Shown: one piece after another, positions 49,429 to 58,863 of the stretch
Layout: each line of letters opens with the position of its first letter
How positions within the stretch are numbered: position 1 is the stretch's first letter
Program-made: the position numbers and the translations under genes
The notes under the pieces: model-generated
The model's input: the letters and a program-made list of their open reading frames with translations, nothing else
Database searches by the model: none
Told to the model about the DNA's origin: nothing
Assembly (NCBI GenBank): GCA_963666055.2
Contig: CAXWPH010000015.1
Coordinates: 1 to 64,000 of the forward strand
Reading direction: 5' to 3'
Origin: Acidobacteriota bacterium
Lineage (GTDB): Bacteria; Acidobacteriota; UBA890; WLXD01
Length of the DNA stretch: 64,000 nt

Positions 49429-49923
49429 ATGCGTAATCCAATCCTCTTCGCTCTGCTCACCGCAATGTGCTGGGGACTGTACGGCCCAACGCTGGCGCAG
49501 GCCCGCACGTCGCTGTCGAGCCCGTTCAAGCCGTACTTCTTGATTGGTCTCGCATACATCGTGTGGGCCATCGTCGGTGGCCTGATAGGTATGCGTATCA
49601 ACGGCGACGAGCTGTCTATCAGCAGCACCGGTGCATTCTGGGGCCTCGCCGCCGGCACGCTCGGCGCCTGGGGTGCTCTGAATTTGACCCTCGCCATGTT
49701 CACCGGGGGCGCTGCCCTCCCCCATTTGGTCATGCCGATCGTGTTCGGTGGCGCGGTGACGATTTCCGCCCTCGTTACCTTGCCGCGGGCCGAGCACGTC
49801 AGCCCGTGGCTGTGGCTCGGCATCCTCGTCGTCGGTGCGGGCATCGTCATGGTGGCCTACAACACCCCGCACGCCGTGCCGCCGGGTAGGCCGCCAGCCG
49901 TTGAGTCGGCCCAGGCCGACTGA
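49429..49923 (+). CDS. Small membrane protein (DMT/EamA-like)
   Basis: Five hydrophobic helices; WGLYGP and VMPIVFGGA motifs. Confidence 0.7.
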   Translation: MRNPILFALLTAMCWGLYGPTLAQARTSLSSPFKPYFLIGLAYIVWAIVGGLIGMRINGDELSISSTGAFWGLAAGTLGAWGALNLTLAMFTGGAALPHLVMPIVFGGAVTISALVTLPRAEHVSPWLWLGILVVGAGIVMVAYNTPHAVPPGRPPAVESAQAD

Positions 49924-50068
49924 GCCGCCCCTTGCAGCGAGGATCCCTGCCCATACCCCTGACCTCCTTCCAGACGGTAAGATCGACTCGGCAGGCGCTT
50001 CGGCTTCAGGCCAGAAGCACCCACCACCGCCAAGACGCAGTCCTACCGAGCAACGCCGGAGTTCCGAC

Positions 50069-50527
50069 ATGAGCACCAAGCGAATCGTTGCGATCGCCGT
50101 AGTCCTGGTCGCCTTCGCGGGCGGCTGGCTGTACGCCGGACGCACACCGCTGGTCGACGGCACCAAGGTCGTGATGTACCAGAACCCGGCTTGCGGTTGC
50201 TGCAGCAAGTGGGCGGCGCATATGGAAGCCAACGGGTTTACCGTCGAGATTCACAAGACCGACCAGCTCAACAGCATCAAGGAGCGTGAGGGGATCACGC
50301 CCGAAACCGCCGGTTGCCATACGTCGATGGTCGACGGCTATCTGGTCGAGGGTCACGTGCCGGCGCGCGAGGTCGCGCGGTTGCTCAGCGACCGGCCCGA
50401 GATCAAGGGCATCACCGTGCCCGGGATGCCGATGGGCGCGCCCGGCATGGAGGGCGGCCGGGCGGACCGTTACGACGTGCTGGCGATCGACCACGAGGGC
50501 AACACACAGGTCTTCGCCAGCTACTGA
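50069..50527 (+). CDS. DUF411 (CopG-like) metal-binding protein
   Basis: CGCC..W, CHT, EGHVP, PGMPMG.PGM; signal peptide. Confidence 0.88.
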   Translation: MSTKRIVAIAVVLVAFAGGWLYAGRTPLVDGTKVVMYQNPACGCCSKWAAHMEANGFTVEIHKTDQLNSIKEREGITPETAGCHTSMVDGYLVEGHVPAREVARLLSDRPEIKGITVPGMPMGAPGMEGGRADRYDVLAIDHEGNTQVFASY

Positions 50528-51166
50528 TGACGCGCCTGAGCCGAGCCGTCGGCGGGCTCGCGGTGACGGTGCTGCGCTGCCGGCGCCTCCGCGACGGTGG
50601 CGCGACAGGAGTCGTCTGAAGACCTGGAGGCGCTCTACCAGCGAGGCATCGCTTTTGATCAGTTTCTCGATCTGGCGGACCAGCGCCGGGAGGCCTGGCT
50701 TCGCAACTACGCGGAAGGTGTCCCGTCGCCGGCGGCTCTCGATCGGGCGCGTCGCGTGGGCGCTTCGGCCAGACTTCTCGTGGTGGCCGAAGACTGGTGC
50801 GGTGACTCGGTGAACACCATCCTCTATCTGGCCCGTTTGGTCGAAGCGGTAGCGGGACTGGAGATGCGAATCGTCAACTCCCATGTCGGCGCGGCGGTGA
50901 TGCGGCACCGCCGCACTCCCGATGGCCGCCCCGCCACGCCGACCGTCATCGCCCTCGACAGCAACTACAACGAGGTCGGCAGCTGGATCGAGCGCCCCGG
51001 CGTGCTGCAGGAATGGTTTCTGGGCAACGAGGACGAGCTGCCGAGCAAGGAGCTCTACGACCGTAAGTACGCGTGGTACGCCCAAGACGCCGGCAACGAG
51101 ACGGTGAGCGATATCACCTCGCTGCTCGAGCGCGCTTTCGGCACCGCCGAGGCGCAGAACAACTAG
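50527..51166 (+). CDS. Thioredoxin-like protein (WCGDS); signal peptide apparently frameshifted near 50575
   Basis: AEDWCGDS, ATPT and W.ERP in ORF 50597-51166. An ATG overlapping the upstream TGA gives MTRLSRAVGGLAVTVL in another frame. Confidence 0.72.
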
Positions 51167-51180
51167 CAGCCCGCGGCCGG

Positions 51181-51489
51181 CTAGCTGTCGGTGGGTCGGC
51201 GACCGAAGCGGCCGCGCAGAAAGTCTCCCAAGCGCACATGCTTCAGCGCCGCGCCGCCCTTGTCCTTGGCGGCGCGTAGCAGACGCCGTGCCCAGGCCCA
51301 CTCCAGGCCGAGGATCGCCAGCCCGATAGGAATTACCAGCAACGCTGGACCCGGCGTGACGAGCAGTACGAGGCCGATCAACAGCACCGTCACTCCAACC
51401 AGCGTCACGATGATGCGGCGCGCCGCCTTGTAGGTCAGGTCCGCGAGCCCTACCAGCATAAGCGCTTCCGCCCACCCCCGCGCCACCAC
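51181..51489 (-). CDS. PGPGW-family small membrane protein
   Basis: LLVTPGPALLVIPIGLAILGLEWAWARR. Start codon uncertain. Confidence 0.75.
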   Translation of the reverse strand: MVARGWAEALMLVGLADLTYKAARRIIVTLVGVTVLLIGLVLLVTPGPALLVIPIGLAILGLEWAWARRLLRAAKDKGGAALKHVRLGDFLRGRFGRRPTDS

Positions 51490-51507
51490 GACCCGCTAGT
51501 GTGCTGT

Positions 51508-51885
51508 CTACCCGGCATCATTAGCCCGTCGCAGCTGCTCGACCAGGTTCTGAATTCCTTCGCGAGCTAGCACGATGGCATGCACCTTCATCGGGGGCAG
51601 CGGCCCGAGCACGGAACGAATATCCTCGTCCTTGATAGACGCGGCTTCGTCGATCGTTGTTCCGGAAATCAACTCCGATGCGACAGATCCGGCAGCGATG
51701 GCGGCAGCGCACCCGTAGGCTTTGAATCGAGCTTCGATGATCACGCCGTCGCGGCAACTTGCTACCAACCGCAGCATGTCGCCGCAGACAGGATTGTGCA
51801 CCAGTGCCACCGCGTCAGGCTCGGCAAGATCGCCGAGATTACGAGGGTTGTTGTAGTGATCTGCGAGACCGCTCGTGTCCGTCAT
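51508..51885 (-). CDS. IscU/NifU-N-like Fe-S scaffold
   Basis: DHYNNPRNLG, NPVCGD, FKAYGC, LPPMKVH. Confidence 0.85.
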   Translation of the reverse strand: MTDTSGLADHYNNPRNLGDLAEPDAVALVHNPVCGDMLRLVASCRDGVIIEARFKAYGCAAAIAAGSVASELISGTTIDEAASIKDEDIRSVLGPLPPMKVHAIVLAREGIQNLVEQLRRANDAG

Positions 51886-51927
51886 GTCGCTCGCTGGAAG
51901 AATCCGAAACAATGGATCTAGGCAAGC

Positions 51928-51955
51928 CTAGCAGGCCTTGGTGGAAGTGTAGCGG
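51928..51955 (+). repeat. Family A dispersed element
   Basis: CTAGCAGGCCTTGGTGGAAGTGTAGCGG. Confidence 0.78.
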
Positions 51956-52081
51956 CTCTGATTACGACGAGTTGGGGTCGGGGTCAAGCGATCCAACCGT
52001 CCGACTCGGGCGTGAAACCTACACCGAGCGAGGCCGTCTTAGTCTGGTGAAGCTCCTCTCAACGAACGTGATTCAGGTCTT

Positions 52082-53140
52082 ATGAACGCCATCGAGACCC
52101 TCGGCCTGTCGAAGACGTACGGCGGCGGCCCCTTCGGGTCGCGAGTCGATGCGCTCCGCAACGTGAGCATCGATGTCGGAGAAGGCGAGGCGTTCGGGCT
52201 GCTGGGACCGAACGGGGCCGGGAAAACCACGCTCGTCAAGATACTGCTGGGGCTGGTGCATCCCACCGACGGCACCGCGATGCTACTGGGTGAGCCTGCC
52301 GGCAGTCCCAAGTCGCGCACAAACGTCGGCTACATGCCGGAGCGACGCGAGTATCCTGACTTTCTGACCGCCGCCCAGGTTCTGGAGCTATTCGGCCGCC
52401 TGCTCGGGATGGACAAGCAAGCTCGATCTCGGCGTATCGACGTCGTTCTCGAGGAGGTCGAGATGTCGAATTGGCGCGACCACCGCGTCGGCGGATTCTC
52501 CAAGGGAATGCAGCAACGTTTGGCGCTGGCGCAGGCACTGTTGCCGGACCCACACGTGCTGTTCCTGGATGAGCCTACCGAGGGCATCGATCCGCTCGGC
52601 AGGGTATCGATCCGCGGCATCCTGCGGCGCAACCTCGAGAAGGGCAGAACACTGTTCATAAACTCGCACATGCTCGGCGAGGTCGAGCTCTTGTGCGACC
52701 GTGTGGCCATCCTCGTCAAGGGTCGGGTTCGGCGCGAGGGGCCGCTGAGCTCACTGCAGGCGCCCAACCCCGAATACCGTCTGGTGCTCGCGGCCACCGA
52801 CGACGAGGCGCGCGCCGCGCTGGCAGCTACCGGCGACGAGCACGAAGTCCTCGCAGCGCCACCCGGACGCAGCGCCTGGCGCCTGAGCGTCAGCGATCGG
52901 GGCGAGCTCAACGCGGCGCTCGATCGGGTGCGTCAATCTGGCATCGAGATCGAGGAAGTTCAGCGCGTCCGCGCCAGCCTCGAGGATGTGTTCGTGCAGA
53001 CGATCAGCGACGCCTCGTCGGAGGATTCGGAGGCCGGCCTGCCCGGCGGAGCGAGGTCCGACCAGGCGGGCGACGCCGACCCGCCGGCACCAGCCGACGA
53101 GCCCACCCCGGTTACTGTCACTACCGAGACGATGTCATGA
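52082..53140 (+). CDS. ABC transporter ATP-binding protein
   Basis: GPNGAGKT, FSKGMQQR, LDEPT, NSH. Confidence 0.93.
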   Translation: MNAIETLGLSKTYGGGPFGSRVDALRNVSIDVGEGEAFGLLGPNGAGKTTLVKILLGLVHPTDGTAMLLGEPAGSPKSRTNVGYMPERREYPDFLTAAQVLELFGRLLGMDKQARSRRIDVVLEEVEMSNWRDHRVGGFSKGMQQRLALAQALLPDPHVLFLDEPTEGIDPLGRVSIRGILRRNLEKGRTLFINSHMLGEVELLCDRVAILVKGRVRREGPLSSLQAPNPEYRLVLAATDDEARAALAATGDEHEVLAAPPGRSAWRLSVSDRGELNAALDRVRQSGIEIEEVQRVRASLEDVFVQTISDASSEDSEAGLPGGARSDQAGDADPPAPADEPTPVTVTTETMS

Positions 53141-54051
53141 CGGACGCTGCCATCTCGACACTCGGCTCCCCGGCAGTCAGCGGAGCCCGCCTTACGCTCC
53201 AGCAGCTCGGGGCGCTGGTCGGCTACACCATACGAGAGGCTCGCCACAAATGGACGCTGGTGGCGCTGTTCGTGCTCACCACGTTGTTCCTTGTCGGACT
53301 GGCGACGGTGATCTCCGTCGACGTGGTCGAGGGAATGATCGCTTCGGCAAGATTGTTCGGCACCATCCCGCTGCAGATCGGCGGTAACCAGATCTCTATT
53401 GCCGACGCCGTCACCGTGATCCAGGTGGCCATCGTCAGCTTGCTGAGCACTTTCGGGCTCGTGCTATCGCTATTTGTCACCGGCAACATCATCCCGCGAA
53501 CCCTGCGCACCGGCTGGGTCGACCTGCTGGCGTCGCAGCCGGTAGCACGCATCACGCTGGTGCTCGGCCGCGCGCTGGGCGCCATCGCGGTGGTCACGTT
53601 GGCCGTCGCCTACCTGTTCGGGGGCAGCTGGTTGTTGCTCACCTGGAAGACCGGCTTCGGTAATGCCGGGTTCCTGCTGGCGGGCCTGACGGTGCTGTTC
53701 ACCTTCGCGTGTTGCTACGCCGGTATGGTGCTCGTGGGAATTCTTACCGGGAGCAGCCCGGTGAGCATCATCGCCGGCATCGGCATCTGGTTCCTGGGCC
53801 TGATCCTGTACCCCCTGCACACGTATTCCGAGTGGACGACCGCGTTCCGTGCCGGCTGGCCGCGGTCGCTGGCCAGCGGAATCGCGGAGACGTTGTACTG
53901 GGTGCTGCCCAAGACGCTGGAGCTGACCGAACGCGCCAGTCAGGCCACCCGTCTCGAGTCCATTTCGCTGACTCCGATGTGGACGTCCTTGCCGTTCCCG
54001 CTGATCTGCTTGGCACTGGCATGTTGGTGGTTCGCGCGTCAGGATTACTGA
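53137..54051 (+). CDS. ABC-2 type permease
   Basis: ATGA overlap with the ATPase gene; six TM segments; LLASQPVAR; ends FARQDY. Confidence 0.85.
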   Translation: MTDAAISTLGSPAVSGARLTLQQLGALVGYTIREARHKWTLVALFVLTTLFLVGLATVISVDVVEGMIASARLFGTIPLQIGGNQISIADAVTVIQVAIVSLLSTFGLVLSLFVTGNIIPRTLRTGWVDLLASQPVARITLVLGRALGAIAVVTLAVAYLFGGSWLLLTWKTGFGNAGFLLAGLTVLFTFACCYAGMVLVGILTGSSPVSIIAGIGIWFLGLILYPLHTYSEWTTAFRAGWPRSLASGIAETLYWVLPKTLELTERASQATRLESISLTPMWTSLPFPLICLALACWWFARQDY

Positions 54052-54090
54052 GCGATCAAACTACCGAGAGAATCTCGTGGAGGAACGAGC

Positions 54091-55218
54091 ATGAGCATCA
54101 AGCTGGCCTACGATCGGGCCTTTCCGTTGACCACCATCGTCTGGGCTCTGGCGCTGTTGCTGATGCCACCGATAGCATGCTCGGGCACCGCCGCGCCCAC
54201 CGCGGATGGCCCCCCCGGTGACGAGGCCGCGGCGCAGGGCGACCTGATCGCGCGGCTGCCGGCCGACGCCACGACCGTCGGGCTGATCAATTTCACCGCA
54301 TTGCGCAACAGTCCCGTCTACGATTTCTTGCGGAGCGAGGGCGCCGCCGTCGGCGACCCTGGCAAGTTCGAAGATCTCATGGCCGAGACCGGTATCGACC
54401 CCCGCACTGACCTGCATCGCATCGCGTTCATATCCAGCCAGTGGTTCTCGGAGGAGATGGGCGATGCGTCCGGCGCCATCGTGGTGGCAACCTTCGACCG
54501 CGACAAGCTGCTCGAATCGATCGCCGGACAGCCGACGGAAGAGTACGGCGGCTACACGCTTTACTCCGCCGATGGTTGGGGTCGCAGCGATGAGGAGGGC
54601 GAACAGCCGGACGACGACGCGGACGACGACCCGGACAGCGACGACCCGGATGAGGATGACGACGGCGACGATGGCTACCTGACGATCCTCGATGACAACA
54701 CCGTGGCGTTCGGCGGCAGCCGCACCATTCGCGCCATCATCGACGTCGCCAACGGCGCTGCGTCGGCGCGCACCAACACGCAACTCATGGGCTTGCTCGA
54801 GGACGTCGATCCCGACAGTGAGACCTGGTTCGTCTCGGCGAACGACGGATTGTTCAAGGACATCACGCCGAACGACAGCGCTCCGATGCAGCAGATTCCC
54901 ATCGATCGCATCAATGCGATGATCCTGTCGCTACGACTGGCGGACGGTATCCGGGTGAACCTGCGCGGTCGTACGGCGGACTCCTCCGATGCCAAGCTAC
55001 TCGGCGACTCGCTCAACGGCATGCTTGCCTTCGGCAAGATGATGATCCAGGGCAGCGACCCCGACGTTTTCGCCATCCTCGACCGCGGCATCACGGCCGG
55101 CAGCAGCGGACGCGACGTGACGTTCCGCGCCGATCTGTCGATCTCCGACCTGGAAGCGTTGCGCGACTATGCGCACAAGGCGTTCGGGGATTCGGCGGAA
55201 GAAGAACCCGGGGAGTAG
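54091..55218 (+). CDS. Hypothetical lipoprotein with an acidic loop
   Basis: Hydrophobic N-terminus with IAC lipobox-like site; Asp-rich stretch encoded at about 54590-54672. Confidence 0.7.
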   Translation: MSIKLAYDRAFPLTTIVWALALLLMPPIACSGTAAPTADGPPGDEAAAQGDLIARLPADATTVGLINFTALRNSPVYDFLRSEGAAVGDPGKFEDLMAETGIDPRTDLHRIAFISSQWFSEEMGDASGAIVVATFDRDKLLESIAGQPTEEYGGYTLYSADGWGRSDEEGEQPDDDADDDPDSDDPDEDDDGDDGYLTILDDNTVAFGGSRTIRAIIDVANGAASARTNTQLMGLLEDVDPDSETWFVSANDGLFKDITPNDSAPMQQIPIDRINAMILSLRLADGIRVNLRGRTADSSDAKLLGDSLNGMLAFGKMMIQGSDPDVFAILDRGITAGSSGRDVTFRADLSISDLEALRDYAHKAFGDSAEEEPGE

Positions 55219-55262
55219 GACCCTGTCGCCAGGCCCGCCACACTTCCACCACGGCCTGCTAG
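55219..55262 (-). repeat. Family A dispersed element filling a convergent intergenic gap
   Basis: Reverse complement CTAGCAGGCCGTGGTGGAAGTGTGGCGGGCCTGGCGACAGGGTC; its CTAG is the M20 peptidase stop. Confidence 0.88.
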
Positions 55263-56671
55263 CCTCCAGGCAGGCTAGCGAGCAGCGTCAACACGTCGAA
55301 CAGCATTCGCGGCGCTCGACGGATCGAGTCGACGGACAGGCGCTCGTCGACAGCGTGGCCCTGGCCATCGCCGGGCCGCAGCAGGATCGGTGACCAGCCG
55401 TAGGCGACGATGTCTTGCTCGCGGAAGAAGTGGCTGTCGGTGAAGCCGGCGAGCACGATCGGGATCACCGCGGCACGGGAGTCGTCACGGCGAGCCGCCT
55501 CCTCGATCGCTCCCCACAGCGCCGTGTCGCGCGGCGAGGCCGAGGGCTCGAAGCTCAGCAGAGTCTCGATCTCGATCTCGTTGTCGTCGATCACATCGCG
55601 CAACGACGCGATGAACAGCTCGGGCCTCTCCCCCGGGAGGAGCCGGCAGTCGAGCTCGGCGGCGGCGACGGCAGATATTACGTTCGTCTTCGAGCTTCCC
55701 TCGATCACGGTGATCGCGATGGTGTTGCGGAGCAGGTTACCGAACGGCACCTCCAACGCATCAAGCATGTGGGGCAGGGCGATGGTGCGCTCGATGACGC
55801 GCATTTCAGCAGCCAGGTCGAGGTCGGCCTCGACGGTTGCCGCGGCTCGAATCGCCTCGGCGACGGCAGGCACCAGCCGGATCGCCGGCCGGTAAGTGCG
55901 GACGCGATCCAGCGCCCGAACTAGCCGATTAGCGGCCGACGTGGGAATCGCGCGCGCCCCGTGACCGGCCGGCCCACGCGCCGTAAGACGCAGCCAAAGG
56001 GGGGTCTTCTGTGTCGTCTCGATGCTATGAACCGTCCGATCGCCGACGGCGTGCACGCTGCCACCCTCGGTGAGCACGAACTCGACGCCTTCGAGCAAGT
56101 CGGGGCGCTCGCGAACAATGTAGCCTGCCCCTTCGAAGCCACCGGTCTCCTCCGCCGCCGTCGCCATGAAGATCACATCGCGGCCGAGCTCGATGCCGGC
56201 ACGGTGGAGCGCTGTCATGGCAAGAAACTGCACAATGGCTTCGGCCTTCATGTCGGCCACCCCACGACCGTAGATGTGACCATCGACCAGGTCGCCGCCG
56301 AATGGGTCGACGTTCCAGAAACGTTCGTCGGCCGGTACCACGTCGGTATGGTTGAGCAACACCACGTGACCGCCGAGCGTGCCGTTGCCCGGTAGGCGGG
56401 CCACGACGTTGCTGCGCCCCGGCTCGCTCTCGAAGATCTCGTAGGGGATTCCTTCGGCGGTGAACAGCGCGGCGAAGAAATCGGTCGCCAGATACTCGTT
56501 TCCGGGTGGGTTTACGGTGCGAATCCGCACGTAGTGACGTAGCAACGCCACCGCCTCGTCGCCCAGCGCCTCCCAGTCGATCCCCTGTGCGGCGGCACCG
56601 ACCGGGTTGCCAACGCAGATGCCGAGCGCAAAGGCGATCAAGACTGCACGCGCAGCTCGGCTACGAACCAT
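55259..56671 (-). CDS. M20/M25/M40 metallopeptidase, secreted
   Basis: HTDVV, GRGVADMK, AEETGG, GFTD, H..DE; AGGAGG RBS. Confidence 0.9.
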   Translation of the reverse strand: MVRSRAARAVLIAFALGICVGNPVGAAAQGIDWEALGDEAVALLRHYVRIRTVNPPGNEYLATDFFAALFTAEGIPYEIFESEPGRSNVVARLPGNGTLGGHVVLLNHTDVVPADERFWNVDPFGGDLVDGHIYGRGVADMKAEAIVQFLAMTALHRAGIELGRDVIFMATAAEETGGFEGAGYIVRERPDLLEGVEFVLTEGGSVHAVGDRTVHSIETTQKTPLWLRLTARGPAGHGARAIPTSAANRLVRALDRVRTYRPAIRLVPAVAEAIRAAATVEADLDLAAEMRVIERTIALPHMLDALEVPFGNLLRNTIAITVIEGSSKTNVISAVAAAELDCRLLPGERPELFIASLRDVIDDNEIEIETLLSFEPSASPRDTALWGAIEEAARRDDSRAAVIPIVLAGFTDSHFFREQDIVAYGWSPILLRPGDGQGHAVDERLSVDSIRRAPRMLFDVLTLLASLPGG

Positions 56672-56779
56672 GTCGCCTCCTCTATCGTTGATGGTCGAGC
56701 ACTCGGGGGACCGCCCAAGCACAAGCTTACCCCGTGTTACGCTGCCCTGAGCAGCCTGCTACGTGCCCCCGGGAAACAC

Positions 56780-57814
56780 ATGAATCGAACTGTGCTCATC
56801 TTCATCGCGCTGCTCTTGGCAGCAGCCGGAGGCGTGGCGTTCTATCTGGACCTGATTCCGGTGCCGGGCCCAACCTACACCGTGGTCACCACGTTGTATG
56901 ACACCGACGCCAGCGGTACCGCCGACCTTCGCCTGCACGACATCGTCGCCACCGCACGCTTGTGGTACTGGGACCGTGACGACGACGGCGTTGCCGATGT
57001 GGTTGCCTACGACGCCGCGATCGGCCCCGAGGATCAGCTGCAGCCTTCCGGCGGCATCACCGCCTGGGACTACGGCGGCGATTCGATCCTCGACGAGGGC
57101 ACGGTGCCGGGGGCCCTGCAAGAATTGCTGCGTTCCGAGCCGTATGCTGCCGCACTGGCCGCCAGCGAGCCCGGCAACGTGGAGTTGGTGGACATGCGGG
57201 TGCGCGAGTTCGTTGGCGAGCTCAGCCGGCGATACGACGACTGGCGCCTGTCGGGCTTCGAACTGCCGGTGCCGGGCGCGAGGCTACCCGACGCTGATCG
57301 ACTGCTGCCCGGCGCGACCCGCGTCTATCGCTCCGGTATCCATCAAGGCTTCGACATGTACGGCGGCCACGTCGGTGTGCCGACCGGCTATGGCGCCACC
57401 GTCGTAGCGGCGAAAGCCGGCACCGTAGTGCGCGCCGACATCAACTACGTGGAGCTGACGCCCGATCAGTACGCCGAGGTCATCGCCAGGTCACGCGCCG
57501 CCGGGACCACACCCCCGGCCGAGCTTGATTCGCTGCGGGGTCGTCAGATCTGGATCGACCATGGCCACGGCGTTGTCACCCGGTACGCCCATCTGTCGGG
57601 CATCGCTCCCGGCATCGAGCCGGGTGCCGCGATCGGGGCGCGAGCAGTCATTGGATTCGTCGGCAACTCGGGCATGGAAGCCGGCGCCAACGGCGCCCGT
57701 GGCGGAGCCCACCTACACTTCGAGTTGCGCACCGACGATCGATATCTGGGCGAGGGCATGACCCCCGAGGCGATCCGCGCCCTGGCCAATCGGATCTTCG
57801 GCCTGGAGAACTAG
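56780..57814 (+). CDS. M23 family metallopeptidase with a novel N-terminal region
   Basis: HQGFD, YAHL, HLHFE; N-terminal membrane anchor. Confidence 0.88.
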   Translation: MNRTVLIFIALLLAAAGGVAFYLDLIPVPGPTYTVVTTLYDTDASGTADLRLHDIVATARLWYWDRDDDGVADVVAYDAAIGPEDQLQPSGGITAWDYGGDSILDEGTVPGALQELLRSEPYAAALAASEPGNVELVDMRVREFVGELSRRYDDWRLSGFELPVPGARLPDADRLLPGATRVYRSGIHQGFDMYGGHVGVPTGYGATVVAAKAGTVVRADINYVELTPDQYAEVIARSRAAGTTPPAELDSLRGRQIWIDHGHGVVTRYAHLSGIAPGIEPGAAIGARAVIGFVGNSGMEAGANGARGGAHLHFELRTDDRYLGEGMTPEAIRALANRIFGLEN

Positions 57815-57860
57815 GCTCGCTGATTTTTCGTGCGCCGCGGCGAAGTGCCGCCGCCGGTCA

Positions 57861-58448
57861 TCAGAGCAGCCAATTCACCATCAGCGCCATCAGCGCCAGC
57901 GCCCCGTTGAACGCTACGGCCACGACCAGCGCCGCCACTGCCGGCACCGCAATCAGGGCGATAGCACGGACTCGATCGAGGCCATACACACGCTCGGCTA
58001 CAAACACCACCGCGGCCAGCTGCCACAGCCACAGCGCCCAGCCGAAGAACGCCTGGATCACCGGAATACCGATGATCCAGAACGCCAGGTAGGTGTGGCC
58101 GAAGGGTCGATAGAAGGCCAGAAAGTCGCGCTTGGCGCTGAGCACGACCACGGCACCCAGATGAATGACGCCGGCGAACAGGAAGCTGCCTGCCAGGTAG
58201 ACAACGCTGTAACCGAGGTGACCAGCGAGCGATGAGCCAAAGCCGGCAGCGGTGGCTACACCGGCGAGCGCCGCAATCGTCGCCGCGGCCAGGAAGGCGC
58301 CCTCGTCGTGGGTCGCCTCATCGACCGCAGCAGCGCGGAACCGCAGGATATCGAGCGCCGAGCGGATCCTCTCGAGCACACCGCCGTGAAGGTCGTCCGA
58401 TGCTGAGGCAGCATCAACGAGTCGAGCCGAGCTCTCCTGCGCCGTCAT
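57861..58448 (-). CDS. YIP1-family membrane protein
   Basis: Five TM segments; V......YGL...RA pattern. Confidence 0.6.
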   Translation of the reverse strand: MTAQESSARLVDAASASDDLHGGVLERIRSALDILRFRAAAVDEATHDEGAFLAAATIAALAGVATAAGFGSSLAGHLGYSVVYLAGSFLFAGVIHLGAVVVLSAKRDFLAFYRPFGHTYLAFWIIGIPVIQAFFGWALWLWQLAAVVFVAERVYGLDRVRAIALIAVPAVAALVVAVAFNGALALMALMVNWLL

Positions 58449-58449
58449 A

Positions 58450-58863
58450 TCACCCCCGGAACCAGAGCAGTAGGTACCCCCAGTTTAGCGCCAACCCGGC
58501 GACGATTGCCCGGCGGCCAACAACCGGCAAGACCGTCGGGATGCGCGGTGGCTCGAGCCACCCGACGAGCATCAGCGTGGCCAGCGGCAGCCACCCAAGC
58601 GCAGCGAGTCCGCCGAGCGCCACCAGTGGGTTCCAGGCCAGTGCCTCGATCGCGTCGCCGGTCACTAGAGCGACCAGCGCGCGCGTCCCACCGCAGATCA
58701 CACAGGGAATTCCGACGAGCGTCAGCAATGGGCAGCGCGTGTAGACAAGGCCCTCCCATAACGGGTGCAGTCGGGCGCTGGCCAGTGCACTGGCCGCCAC
58801 CAGTGCCGCCAGGGCTACCTCGACCTTTCCCAGCCGCACCGCCCGCAGGCGAGGACCGCTCAT
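58450..58863 (-). CDS. DUF2752 family membrane protein
   Basis: CPL..LVGIPC..CGGTRA...L..GD...AL.WNP. Confidence 0.82.
   Translation of the reverse strand: MSGPRLRAVRLGKVEVALAALVAASALASARLHPLWEGLVYTRCPLLTLVGIPCVICGGTRALVALVTGDAIEALAWNPLVALGGLAALGWLPLATLMLVGWLEPPRIPTVLPVVGRRAIVAGLALNWGYLLLWFRG

Noticed and set aside
50006-51475. Long antisense or alternate-frame ORFs (also 17269-18699, 59731-60999 and others)
   Set aside because: They overlap well-supported genes, lack motifs, and are expected in high-GC DNA.
16262-55262. Family A repeats as a CRISPR array or integron attC sites
   Set aside because: They are dispersed kilobases apart in both orientations with no regular spacers, no cas or integrase gene, and no attC-type palindromic ends.
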